Positions 35,484-45,079 of a DNA stretch of 64,000 nt are shown piece by piece. Every line of letters starts with the position of its first letter. Position 1 is the stretch's first letter. The position numbers were made by a program, and so were the translations under genes. The notes below the pieces were generated by a model, which was given only the letters and a program-made list of their open reading frames with translations, had not been told where the DNA came from and ran no database searches. Location: assembly GCA_045545635.1 (NCBI GenBank), contig JAZQBI010000069.1:13991-77990 (forward strand). The letters run 5' to 3'. This stretch comes from Clostridia bacterium (GTDB lineage Bacteria > Bacillota > Clostridia > UMGS1810).

Positions 35484-36926
35484 ATGAAAATGAAAAGAAT
35501 TATTGCTCTTATCTGTCTTCTTTGCATGGCAGTGACCTTGTTTGCAGGTTGCGGTGACAAAAAGGATGACGAAGGTGTTGAACTTCTTTGGTATGTTCCC
35601 GGTGATGTTCAGCCCGATCAGGAACTTGTTATGACAGAAGTCAACAAGATCCTTAAAGAAAAAATCGGTGTAACACTCAATATTCAGTTTATTCCTACAT
35701 CGGCTTACGCAGAGCGTATGAAGATGACAATGGCATCCGGTGCAAAGTATGACCTTTGCTTCACATCCAACTGGCTCAACTACTACGATCAGGCAGTTGA
35801 CAACGGTGCTCTTTACGATATAACAGAGCTTGTCGAAGCAAACCCCGAGCTCTATGATGTAGTACCCAAAAGATACATAGACGGCATAAAGGTGGACGAT
35901 AGAGTTTATGCTTTCCCCAATATGCAGATTATGGCTCAGCCTCTTGCAGTATGGGCAAGAAAAGACCTTCTTGAAAAATACAATTTTGACCTCCAGAGTG
36001 TTGAACACATAAATGATATTGAACCCTTCCTCGAAATGGTTAAAGAGGGCGAAGATGGTATTTATCCCTTCAGAACCAAATGGGGCCCTGCATTCTGGGT
36101 TAATGCTGACTGGGGCGAACAGAAGGCAACAGGTCTTTGGTTCAACTACACAACCCACGAATTCAAGCCCAGATTTGAGGTTCCCGAATACATTGAACAT
36201 GTAGAGACATTCCGCAGATGGTATCAGAAGGGTTATATCCGTGCAGATGTTGCAAGTGCCGGAGATGACACTACAGATTCCAAACAGAATAAATATGCTG
36301 TACAGATGTCAGGCTACAAGCCCGGTCAGACTAGTCCCGATAGTCAGACAAACTGTGAATATGATTACAAGGTGCTCCTCACACTTCCTATGAGCGAAGG
36401 CTGTGCTGCAGCTACCATGACAGGTATCAGCATCACAAGTAAGCATCCCGAAAAAGCATTTGAGCTTATCAAGCTTGTCAATACTGACAAAGAGCTCTAC
36501 AACCTTATCTGTAACGGTATAGAAGGTAAACACTACAAGCTCAACGAAGAAGGCAAGATTATCCCCGATCCAAACTCAGGCTATCATCCCGATGTTGACT
36601 GGGAATTCGGTAATCAGTTCAATGCCCTTATAGACGAGGGTATGCCCGATGATGTATGGGAGCAGACTAAGGAACTCAATGAAAATTCAGAGATGAGTCC
36701 TCTTTCCGGATTTACTTATGATGACACAGAAACAAGCCTTGATATAACAAATGTTGTAGCGGTAATGGATGAGTATGTAGACTATATCACTCCCAAGGAC
36801 TTTGAAGCATACAAGAAGGAATACAATGTGAAGATGAAAGCTGCAGGGGCTGACAAGGTTTATGCAGATATAGAAAAACAGGTTAAAGCCTTCCTCAAAG
36901 AGAACGGTATAAAACCCCGGAAATAG
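35484..36926 (+). CDS. ABC transporter solute-binding lipoprotein (large LplA-type sugar SBP)
   Basis: Lipobox LFAGC after MKMKRIIALICLLCMAVT. About 480 aa, typical of oligosaccharide SBPs. No permease or ATPase genes are adjacent. Confidence 0.8.
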   Translation: MKMKRIIALICLLCMAVTLFAGCGDKKDDEGVELLWYVPGDVQPDQELVMTEVNKILKEKIGVTLNIQFIPTSAYAERMKMTMASGAKYDLCFTSNWLNYYDQAVDNGALYDITELVEANPELYDVVPKRYIDGIKVDDRVYAFPNMQIMAQPLAVWARKDLLEKYNFDLQSVEHINDIEPFLEMVKEGEDGIYPFRTKWGPAFWVNADWGEQKATGLWFNYTTHEFKPRFEVPEYIEHVETFRRWYQKGYIRADVASAGDDTTDSKQNKYAVQMSGYKPGQTSPDSQTNCEYDYKVLLTLPMSEGCAAATMTGISITSKHPEKAFELIKLVNTDKELYNLICNGIEGKHYKLNEEGKIIPDPNSGYHPDVDWEFGNQFNALIDEGMPDDVWEQTKELNENSEMSPLSGFTYDDTETSLDITNVVAVMDEYVDYITPKDFEAYKKEYNVKMKAAGADKVYADIEKQVKAFLKENGIKPRK

Positions 36927-36936
36927 CATCTTTTAC

Positions 36937-36972
36937 AAAACCGCAATTATCCTTGGGGTAGTTGCGGTTTTA
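36937..36972 (+). terminator. Hairpin with short U-tract (weak terminator or attenuator)
   Basis: AAAACCGCAA(N15)TTGCGGTTTT. Confidence 0.5.
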
Positions 36973-37034
36973 CAATTATAATACACATTATATTTCTCCG
37001 GTGAAATATAAAGTAGTAACGGTGGTATGAGATT

Positions 37035-40000
37035 ATGAAAAGATTTTTTGCATTTTTATTGGTGCTTGCCATCACTTTAGGGGCAATGCCAATGGGCATT
37101 ATGGCTTCCGGCGAGGTGTACACTGACTTTGTGAAAGGAAGCATAGAAGATAACCTTGTAGTAAACTTCAAGGACTCCTTCTGGCATGCCAACACCCTCA
37201 ACGATTCCAGAGTTTCCCTTACGGGAATCAATTGGATCAACGGTGTGGGATATGCCGGTGCATCTATGACCGCCAAGGAGGATATACCTACGGTTGCTTC
37301 CCATTATGGCAGTGCAGGTATGGCAATAGGTACTTCAACCAATGCCACACATCCAAAGATAGAAAAAGAAGCAGATTCATACGCTATAGGCGAAAGATAT
37401 GTCTTTAAATTTGCGGCACGCAACATTAATCCCGACATTTCCGCTACCATAAGATTAGGTGTGTTCAACGGCACATATTCCGGTGTGGAATCCAGAGACT
37501 TTCTCCCCGTGACAGAGTATCCAAACGGTGAGATAGTGCTTCCTCAAAGCGGAGAATGGGTTACTGTGGAGGTTGTTTTGCCATCCTCCCCAAACAGAGC
37601 TGTTCCCGCAATACGTCTTGGCTTTGTCAAAGGCACCAAAGCAGGTGCATCGGTAGAGTTCAATGCCTGCCATCCCGGTGTTCAGCAGGTCTACTATGCG
37701 GAGGAAACTGCTCACAGCATAGAGGCAGACATTGTTTCTGGCGAGAATACACTGGGTGCAAAAGCCTCCATAACTCTCACCGCTTCGGTATTCAATCAGC
37801 TTGAAGAAAAAGGCAACTTAAGTCAGGAATTTGACTGGGCTTTGCTTGACTCCCAAAAAAGCCAAGTAACCGAAGGCTACACCATTACGGATAATGGCAC
37901 AAGTGCCAATGTTACCTTTGCAAATACAGATCTCAATAATGGCGATTACACAATAGTTGCCACCTCAAGGGAATACGGAATTTCAAGATTTATTCCCATA
38001 ACTGTCAGGGCAAAATTTGAGCTTCCCGAGTACATTCCTGTTTCCTCTGATGATAACCTTATCGAAACACCCACAAAGTCATCTATGGTAAGCACCGGAA
38101 CATCCAATATCGTACACGGCAAGACAGACGGTCTTACATATCCTGAAATATATACGGTTTGTGCAAGTGCAGATGTTGATGCACCTGCACACACCTGCTA
38201 TGAGCACGGTTTCCTGTACAAAAAGCTTGAGCCCGAGGGCGGCTATGTTGCAGGCGATAAATATGTTTTTTCTGTTTGGGTACGAAACTCCGGAGATGCT
38301 CCCACAAACTTTATTGCAGGACTTTCCAATGCGTATAATGTACCTACACAATACGGTTCCAACCACGGAAGCGAAGGCATATATCTTCCCAATGACGGCA
38401 AGTGGTATCACTACAAGGAGATATTCACAATGCCGGGTCCCAGGCCTATACTTAGTGCAGGCTTGCCTGCAGGAACAAAGGCAGGTGCCTCGGTAGATAT
38501 CAATCTTACAAATTCCGAACTTTCACCCTCTTATTTTGCAAAAGAGGTTGTTGCGGATATAGAGGCAGCAGCTTCAAAGCTTACTGCAAATAAGGGCGAA
38601 ACAATTACGATTGATGCCACTGTGGCAAATCAGCTTGGAGATGAAGGTTCACTGGCTCAGAACTTCAAGTGGGATGTTCTGGACGAGGATAAAAACTACA
38701 AGGATAGCGGTTATACCTTAAGTGCAGACGGTGACAAGGCATCTCTTACTGTTAATACGGAAGAAGCAGAAAACATATATGTGGCGGTAACTTCAACCGA
38801 TTACAATATAGTGCGTATGGTTCCCGTATCTGTAAACGGAAAGAAAGCTTTTGTGGATTTTGTAAAAGGCGAAATGCCTAAGAATCTCATTGCAGATCCC
38901 ACCGCAACAGATCATTTTGCAGATGCAAGTGCAAACTACAATGTGGAGGAAACCGGTGATTACAGACTGGAGCTTTCCAGTACATTTACCGCAAAGGCAG
39001 ATGTTACATCCTATGGTGCAGCTCACACCAAAGCCAGCGGTTTCCTTATCAAAAGCGGAAACACAGGAATCAGCACAGATTCCCTTCTTACAGGCGGAAC
39101 TCCGTATGTGTTCAGTGCCGATGTAAAGAATGCCAACGGCACAGGGGACATTGTTCTTGACGTGAGCCTCAGTAACTCAAATTACTGGACTGCGTCAAAA
39201 CCTGTGGAAACCTCCGCCGGCTACACAATTCCTGCAGGAGACGAATGGTACAAGGTTGCCGCAACCATGAAGCTTCCCGGTGACGTGGGAGCAGAATACA
39301 AGCCTTACCTTATCTTTGGCTTTGGTATAGGCACCAATGCAGGAGACAAATTTGAATTAAACAGAAAATACCCCACGGCAGATGCAATGTACTTTGCACC
39401 CGAGGAGGCATATGACATAAAGGTAACCAATCTTTCGGACAGTATGACGGTACAAAAGGGTAACGAAATTTCCTTTGGTGCCGAGGTATTGAATCAGATT
39501 GGTTCCACAGGATACTTAAATCAGAACTTTACCTGGTATGTAAGAAAAGCTGACAACACAGATGCTTCATCTTACTTTACCCTTGAAATAAGCGAAGACA
39601 CAAAAACAGTAACCCTCATTCCCAAGTCAAAGGCAAAGGGCGGTAAATATACCGTAATTGCCGCATCTGATGACTATGAGGAGCTTGTGAGGTTTGAGGA
39701 CTTTGTAGTTGCGGATTCCTCCACAACTCTCTATGTAGCTGTTGACGGAAGCGACAGTGCAGAGGGCACATCTTCCGAGCCTCTTGCAACACTTCAGGGT
39801 GCAATTGACAAAGTTGCAGAACTCAGAAAAAATAATATAACTGTAAACGAGGTTATATTTGCCCCCGGAGAATACCGTTTTACAGAAGGTGCGGTTTTTG
39901 GTAAAAAGGATGTTTACGATGTTCCCGTTACATTTAAGGCAGAAGAAAAGGGAACAGTAGTATTCAAAGGCTCCCAAAAGCTAAATCCCACAGACTTTAA

Positions 40001-42386
40001 GCTTGTGGAAGATGATAGCATTACATCACGCTTTGCTCCCGGTATGAAAGGCAAGATATACAGTCTGGATCTTGCAAAGGCAGGATACACTCCCGCGGAT
40101 ATAACAGATGTAACCCTCATTAACGGTCAGTACGGTCTCACAAGTCAGGGTGAATTCAACACCCTCTATTATGACGGTGTTGAGCAGACTGTTTCTCAGT
40201 GGCCCGACAGCGGTTATGCCATAAAGGGCGATCAGGAGCAGTACAATTCAAACAGTGTCAACTCAAAGGACGGTCTCTCCTTTACATATTACAGAAGCGA
40301 TATAGACCTTATGCTTCCCTCCATCAACTGCGACAGATGGGCAGATGCAAAGAATTTCTGGATTTCTTCTTTTGAGCCCTACGATTACAGCAGGTTCAGA
40401 TATTATGTAAAATCCATTGATACCACGTCTCACACAATTACGATTTGCGATAACCCCGCTCAGAAGCTTGCAAATGAGCGTTCGGGAAGATGGAAAGCAT
40501 TTAACTTAATAGAGGAAATCACTCTCCCCGGCGAATATGCCATAGATACGGAAAATATGATGCTCTACTATTATCCCCAGGGTGCACTGGGTACCTGCGA
40601 TATAGAGTTTTCCACACTTTCCGGTGCTATGATAAGTATTGCCAATTGTAAGAACATCATATTTGACTCTATTGTATTTACCCAGACACGGGATGATGCA
40701 ATAGTAATGACAGATGTAAGTGATATATCAATCCTTAACTGTGATTTTACCGACATTGCTTCCATTGCTGTTCAGACTTCGGGTTCACAGTATGCCGTAA
40801 GCGGCAGAGAAAGCTGGCAGGCACAGCGTAAGAACGGTGCCAATAATGTAGTTGTAAAAGGCAACAACTTTATTAACATCGGTCAGACAGCGGTTCAGCT
40901 ATCCGGCAGCGGCGATGTGGATACTCTCACAAGTTCGGGCAACTTAATCGAAGATAACTACATAAACAATACCTCCAACAAGTCATTCTGGGAGGCGATA
41001 GTTCTCGGCGGCTGCGGAGTAACTGTACGAAACAACAACATAAGCTCCGTTCCCATGCAGGCAATAAGAGCCTGGGGCAGTAACCACCTCATAGAATACA
41101 ACGAAATCTACGATGTAGTTACCGAGGATGCCGACTGTGCGGCTATCTACTGGGGCGGAAGCTCAATCTTTCAGGGTACGGTAGTCCGTTACAACTATAT
41201 TCACGATACCGTGGGTACAGTGTCCGGCGGTCAGGTTGGTATTTATTGGGACGATATGCAGCTCGGTCAGAGTGCAAAGTACAATATCCTTGCAAACCAG
41301 GACATAGACTTTAACTCCAACGGTGCAGGAGCAACGGTGCACAGCTACAACACCACCTATGTTGCAAACAAGCACCTTAACCATCACGACCACGCATCCC
41401 GCGGTGAGGACACAATAACAAGAGACTTAAACTATACCTCTCTTGAAGCAATACGAAATGATATTGCAGACCTTGACCTTTACTACAAGAGATATCCCTA
41501 TCTTGAAAATGTAATAGGCAAGGGTAACAATCCAACAAAGTACACAAGTATTATAGGTAATCTTGCAGTAGATGTTGGCGGAGTGTATCTCCAGAGCAAC
41601 GCACCAAAATATGCGGTTATATCAGGAAACACTCAGCTTGATTCCACAGATGCGTTTAATGATGTTGATTCGCAGGATTTCCGACTCAGAGCGGATTCGG
41701 AGCTTGCAAAGGCTAATCCCCACATTCTCAATACCGAAAACTTCGATATAGAAAAAATCGGTCTTTTGAGAGAATTTGCCCTTGGCACCTTTGATGCTGC
41801 CTATCCTGCAAACGGACAGTATGTTTCAGGTGAGATAGGACCTATAACCCTTTCCTGGAATACGGCGGCAGGTGCAAACCGCTATAATGTCATTGTGGCA
41901 AGGGATGCGGCACTTACAGATGTTGTGTTTGAAGACACTCTTATGTACAGCAATGTTATGCTCCCGTCACTTGAAAACGGCACATACTACTGGAAGGTGA
42001 CTGCGGTTAACACCTCAAGGGAATTTGCATCCCAAAAGGATGCAGAGGGAGGAGTAAGAAGGTTTATTGTTTCCTCCGCTCCTGCAGATGTTGCAATAAC
42101 CGAGCCGATAGTCACTGATTCTGACAGTCTTGACTTCCGCATTACATACAACGGTTCCGACTCGCTTTGCTTTGATGTGTATGTGGCAGGCTACTCGGAT
42201 GACGGAAAACTTGAGTTTGCAAATGTGCACGCAATAGAGAATGCTGCAGGCGGCAGCTCCTTTGACATAAACAGCATAGTAAATGACAACAAGCTCAAGG
42301 GATGCACAATGTTTAAAATATTCACCTGGAAGAATGGTCTTGTACCTCTCAAAGGCGGATTTAAGATGTTTTACAATAAAAAATAA
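37035..42386 (+). CDS. Giant secreted protein A: 3 x (CBM-like + Ig-like) + right-handed beta-helix region + Fn3-like + shared C-terminal module
   Basis: 1783 aa with signal peptide. Three ~180-aa beta-rich modules open with NLVVNF.../NLIETP.../NLIADP..., each followed by an Ig-like module with the N/LNQLG..G.L.Q.F.W string. The beta-helix region (about 39721-41770) starts LYVAVDGSDSAEGTSSEPLATLQGAIDKV and has repeated N-rich rungs (VVVKGNNFINIG, VTVRNNNISS, IEYNEIYD). Confidence 0.75.
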   Translation: MKRFFAFLLVLAITLGAMPMGIMASGEVYTDFVKGSIEDNLVVNFKDSFWHANTLNDSRVSLTGINWINGVGYAGASMTAKEDIPTVASHYGSAGMAIGTSTNATHPKIEKEADSYAIGERYVFKFAARNINPDISATIRLGVFNGTYSGVESRDFLPVTEYPNGEIVLPQSGEWVTVEVVLPSSPNRAVPAIRLGFVKGTKAGASVEFNACHPGVQQVYYAEETAHSIEADIVSGENTLGAKASITLTASVFNQLEEKGNLSQEFDWALLDSQKSQVTEGYTITDNGTSANVTFANTDLNNGDYTIVATSREYGISRFIPITVRAKFELPEYIPVSSDDNLIETPTKSSMVSTGTSNIVHGKTDGLTYPEIYTVCASADVDAPAHTCYEHGFLYKKLEPEGGYVAGDKYVFSVWVRNSGDAPTNFIAGLSNAYNVPTQYGSNHGSEGIYLPNDGKWYHYKEIFTMPGPRPILSAGLPAGTKAGASVDINLTNSELSPSYFAKEVVADIEAAASKLTANKGETITIDATVANQLGDEGSLAQNFKWDVLDEDKNYKDSGYTLSADGDKASLTVNTEEAENIYVAVTSTDYNIVRMVPVSVNGKKAFVDFVKGEMPKNLIADPTATDHFADASANYNVEETGDYRLELSSTFTAKADVTSYGAAHTKASGFLIKSGNTGISTDSLLTGGTPYVFSADVKNANGTGDIVLDVSLSNSNYWTASKPVETSAGYTIPAGDEWYKVAATMKLPGDVGAEYKPYLIFGFGIGTNAGDKFELNRKYPTADAMYFAPEEAYDIKVTNLSDSMTVQKGNEISFGAEVLNQIGSTGYLNQNFTWYVRKADNTDASSYFTLEISEDTKTVTLIPKSKAKGGKYTVIAASDDYEELVRFEDFVVADSSTTLYVAVDGSDSAEGTSSEPLATLQGAIDKVAELRKNNITVNEVIFAPGEYRFTEGAVFGKKDVYDVPVTFKAEEKGTVVFKGSQKLNPTDFKLVEDDSITSRFAPGMKGKIYSLDLAKAGYTPADITDVTLINGQYGLTSQGEFNTLYYDGVEQTVSQWPDSGYAIKGDQEQYNSNSVNSKDGLSFTYYRSDIDLMLPSINCDRWADAKNFWISSFEPYDYSRFRYYVKSIDTTSHTITICDNPAQKLANERSGRWKAFNLIEEITLPGEYAIDTENMMLYYYPQGALGTCDIEFSTLSGAMISIANCKNIIFDSIVFTQTRDDAIVMTDVSDISILNCDFTDIASIAVQTSGSQYAVSGRESWQAQRKNGANNVVVKGNNFINIGQTAVQLSGSGDVDTLTSSGNLIEDNYINNTSNKSFWEAIVLGGCGVTVRNNNISSVPMQAIRAWGSNHLIEYNEIYDVVTEDADCAAIYWGGSSIFQGTVVRYNYIHDTVGTVSGGQVGIYWDDMQLGQSAKYNILANQDIDFNSNGAGATVHSYNTTYVANKHLNHHDHASRGEDTITRDLNYTSLEAIRNDIADLDLYYKRYPYLENVIGKGNNPTKYTSIIGNLAVDVGGVYLQSNAPKYAVISGNTQLDSTDAFNDVDSQDFRLRADSELAKANPHILNTENFDIEKIGLLREFALGTFDAAYPANGQYVSGEIGPITLSWNTAAGANRYNVIVARDAALTDVVFEDTLMYSNVMLPSLENGTYYWKVTAVNTSREFASQKDAEGGVRRFIVSSAPADVAITEPIVTDSDSLDFRITYNGSDSLCFDVYVAGYSDDGKLEFANVHAIENAAGGSSFDINSIVNDNKLKGCTMFKIFTWKNGLVPLKGGFKMFYNKK

Positions 42387-42403
42387 AAGGAAGGGAAGTT
42401 AAA

Positions 42404-45079
42404 ATGAAGAGAATATTAAGCACAATCCTTATTCTTGCAATGATGCTGTCTGTAATGCCTGTCATTGGTATGGCAGAGGAAACTGCAGATGCACCTTATG
42501 CAGACGGCGTAGGGGAAATTCCGGAAAATCTCTTTTCGAACCCCAAGAACTCATCATTGTGGTATACTAACCCCACATATGTAAACAGTACAACTGTTCA
42601 GACAAAGAACGAGTGGACCTCCGACGGATTTGCAGGCTATGCCTTCAAAACAACAGGCATCGTTACAAACAAAACAAACGGTTGGCAGGTTGCCGCAGGC
42701 AGCAGATTGATTCCGGCACAGTTTAACGACTATACTGCAACCGAGGGTGAGCACTATGTAATTAAGTTTGCCGTACGCTCCCTTACCGAAAACACCGGAT
42801 TCGGTGTAAGGATCGGTACATGGAACGGTGCTTATTCCGGAACCAGTGCAGATGTAAGCCAAATTATGGATTACGAAAACGGTGTTGCGAATGTTCCCGG
42901 TGACGGCCAGTGGCATACAATAAAGGGCACATTACCTGCACTCAGGGCAAACGATATAAACGACAGCGGAAAGATTCGTATGGTTCTTGTTGGTATGGCA
43001 GCCGGAACTCCTGCAGATGTTACAATGGAGCTTAATAACCACTATAAGGAAATCCCCGATGATGTTCCTTACTTTGCAAAGGAAGAGGTTGCACAAATCA
43101 ACCTCGAAGCCGATAAGGATGTTGTCGAAGCAGGTGACACAGTTACTCTTACTGCCGAGGTGTTAAATCAGATTGGTACTCAGGGTGCTATCGACCAGGA
43201 AGCGATTAACTGGTATGTAACAAATGAAGAACGCACCGAGAAGATAGAGCTTGCAAATGCATTTGAATTTGACGGCTGTGAAATGACAGTCGGCACAGGT
43301 GCTCCTGCAGGAAACTACTATATAGTTGCAGAAAGTGCGGATAACACCGATGTGAGAAAGGGTGCAGCCATAACTGTCAAGGAACCCGTTAAGGAGGACT
43401 ATGTTCCTGTTGACACAGAGGACGGCAAGGCTTACGACATTACTCTCACATGCACAAGTGAGGAAAGAGAATACTACACATCTTTAAACGAGCTTACACT
43501 TACAGCTTCCCTTGTAGACAAGGACGGAAAAACCGACGGAATAGACCAGAACGTAAGCTGGATAATTCTCGATTCCGAAAAGAGAAACGAGGTTACAGAC
43601 GGCTTCTTTACTGCATCCGAGGGCGGCAGCATCACCGTTAACTTCGATGCGGCACTTCCCGAGGGCACATACTATGTTCGTGCCTATAAGGATGGGGACG
43701 TAATGTTCGGTAAGAACTTCCCTGTGGTTATAGACAACACATATATTCTCAGAGATATTATTGAAGAAATTAATGATAATGACGAAAACTTAAAGGAAAA
43801 TCTTCCCAAGTATCTTCCTTATATAGATGCAGAAAATGAGCTCTATGACGAAACAGACAAGGACAATTTTATTACTGTTCTTGCATCTATGGCAGAAGAG
43901 GAAGAATTTACTGCAGATAATCTAAAAGAAAGATTTATGCTTGCCTGCATAATTTCTCTCCACAATATACCTTCCGAAAATGCGGAGCTTTTCGAGGGAA
44001 CATCCTTTGTATACGAAAAAGAGCTTGGACTGGATAAAATTGCAGATGGCGGCTCCGACCTTTATTCCAAGGTTTATGCAGAGGGCATTACCGATGCAGG
44101 AAGAGAAAAAATAAAAAATGCTGTATCAATGGCAAAAACACAGAAAGATTTTGTTGATACATTCTGCAAAAGCACACTTCTTTGTGCAATTTCCGACAGT
44201 ACATATCTTGGTACAAACTATGTAACAGAGCTTCTTACTAAGGAAAATCTGGAAGCCGCAGACATAGAGGCTGAGGGCTATCTTGCATCCGAGGCAAAAG
44301 AGCTTTATGAAGATGAAATAGCTCACAACACTCTCACAAAAGCACAGCTTGAAGAAATCCTCAAAGAAGAATATGAATATGAGGAGGAAACCTCCTCAGG
44401 CGGAAGCTCAGGCGGTTCAGGCAGCGGCGGAGGCCGTGGCGGCAGTGTGTCTGTTGCAGGTCCCGCGGTAAGCGTGCCTGTTGCTCCCAAGAATGAAGAA
44501 ACCAAGGAAGACAAAGAGGACAAGGATATAAGCTTTAATGATGTTGACGAAAAGCACTGGGCATTTGTAAACATTCAGTTCCTTGCAAAGCTTGATGTCC
44601 TTAAAGGTGACGACAAAGGCAACTTCAATCCCGAAAAAGAGATTACAAGAGAGGAATTTGTAAAGGTTCTGGTAGAGGCATTTGACCTTGCCGGATCGGC
44701 AGATGTTTCCTTTGGCGATGTAAAGAGCGGTGCGTGGTACGAACAGTATGTAAAGACCGCTGTTGCAAACGGCATCATAAACGGTAAGGCAGACGGCACC
44801 TTTGGTGTTGGCGAAGCTGTAAGCCGTGAAGATATGTGTGTTATGATAGCCCGTGTTCTCAAAATGGGTGAGGATGCAGAAGGCTCTCTAGGTTATTCCG
44901 ATGAGGCCAGCATTGCTCCATATGCAAAGAACGCAGTAAGCTATTTGAGCATGCTCAGTATGATAAACGGAATGCCCGATAACACCTTCCGTCCCAAGGA
45001 TGCATGTACCCGTTCTCAGGCGGCAAGAGTTATTGCAGATATTCTCAACTATAATGTAATGGAGGTAAACGGCAAATGA
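42404..45079 (+). CDS. Secreted protein B: CBM-like + 2 Ig-like + helical region + Gly/Ser linker + three C-terminal SLH repeats
   Basis: 891 aa with signal peptide. Linker SSGGSSGGSGSGGGRGGS. SLH strings FNDVDEKHWAFVNIQFLAKLDVLKGDDKGNFNPEKEITREEF, FGDVKSGAWYEQYVKTAVANGII and FRPKDACTRSQAARVIADIL. Starts 17 nt after gene A. Confidence 0.8.
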   Translation: MKRILSTILILAMMLSVMPVIGMAEETADAPYADGVGEIPENLFSNPKNSSLWYTNPTYVNSTTVQTKNEWTSDGFAGYAFKTTGIVTNKTNGWQVAAGSRLIPAQFNDYTATEGEHYVIKFAVRSLTENTGFGVRIGTWNGAYSGTSADVSQIMDYENGVANVPGDGQWHTIKGTLPALRANDINDSGKIRMVLVGMAAGTPADVTMELNNHYKEIPDDVPYFAKEEVAQINLEADKDVVEAGDTVTLTAEVLNQIGTQGAIDQEAINWYVTNEERTEKIELANAFEFDGCEMTVGTGAPAGNYYIVAESADNTDVRKGAAITVKEPVKEDYVPVDTEDGKAYDITLTCTSEEREYYTSLNELTLTASLVDKDGKTDGIDQNVSWIILDSEKRNEVTDGFFTASEGGSITVNFDAALPEGTYYVRAYKDGDVMFGKNFPVVIDNTYILRDIIEEINDNDENLKENLPKYLPYIDAENELYDETDKDNFITVLASMAEEEEFTADNLKERFMLACIISLHNIPSENAELFEGTSFVYEKELGLDKIADGGSDLYSKVYAEGITDAGREKIKNAVSMAKTQKDFVDTFCKSTLLCAISDSTYLGTNYVTELLTKENLEAADIEAEGYLASEAKELYEDEIAHNTLTKAQLEEILKEEYEYEEETSSGGSSGGSGSGGGRGGSVSVAGPAVSVPVAPKNEETKEDKEDKDISFNDVDEKHWAFVNIQFLAKLDVLKGDDKGNFNPEKEITREEFVKVLVEAFDLAGSADVSFGDVKSGAWYEQYVKTAVANGIINGKADGTFGVGEAVSREDMCVMIARVLKMGEDAEGSLGYSDEASIAPYAKNAVSYLSMLSMINGMPDNTFRPKDACTRSQAARVIADILNYNVMEVNGK

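Noticed and set aside
44386-44460. GGC/AGC-rich DNA tract encoding SSGGSSGGSGSGGGRGGS in protein B, considered as a slippage-prone contingency repeat
   Set aside because: The codons are heterogeneous (not a perfect micro-satellite) and in frame. It is consistent with an ordinary flexible Gly/Ser linker before the SLH domains.
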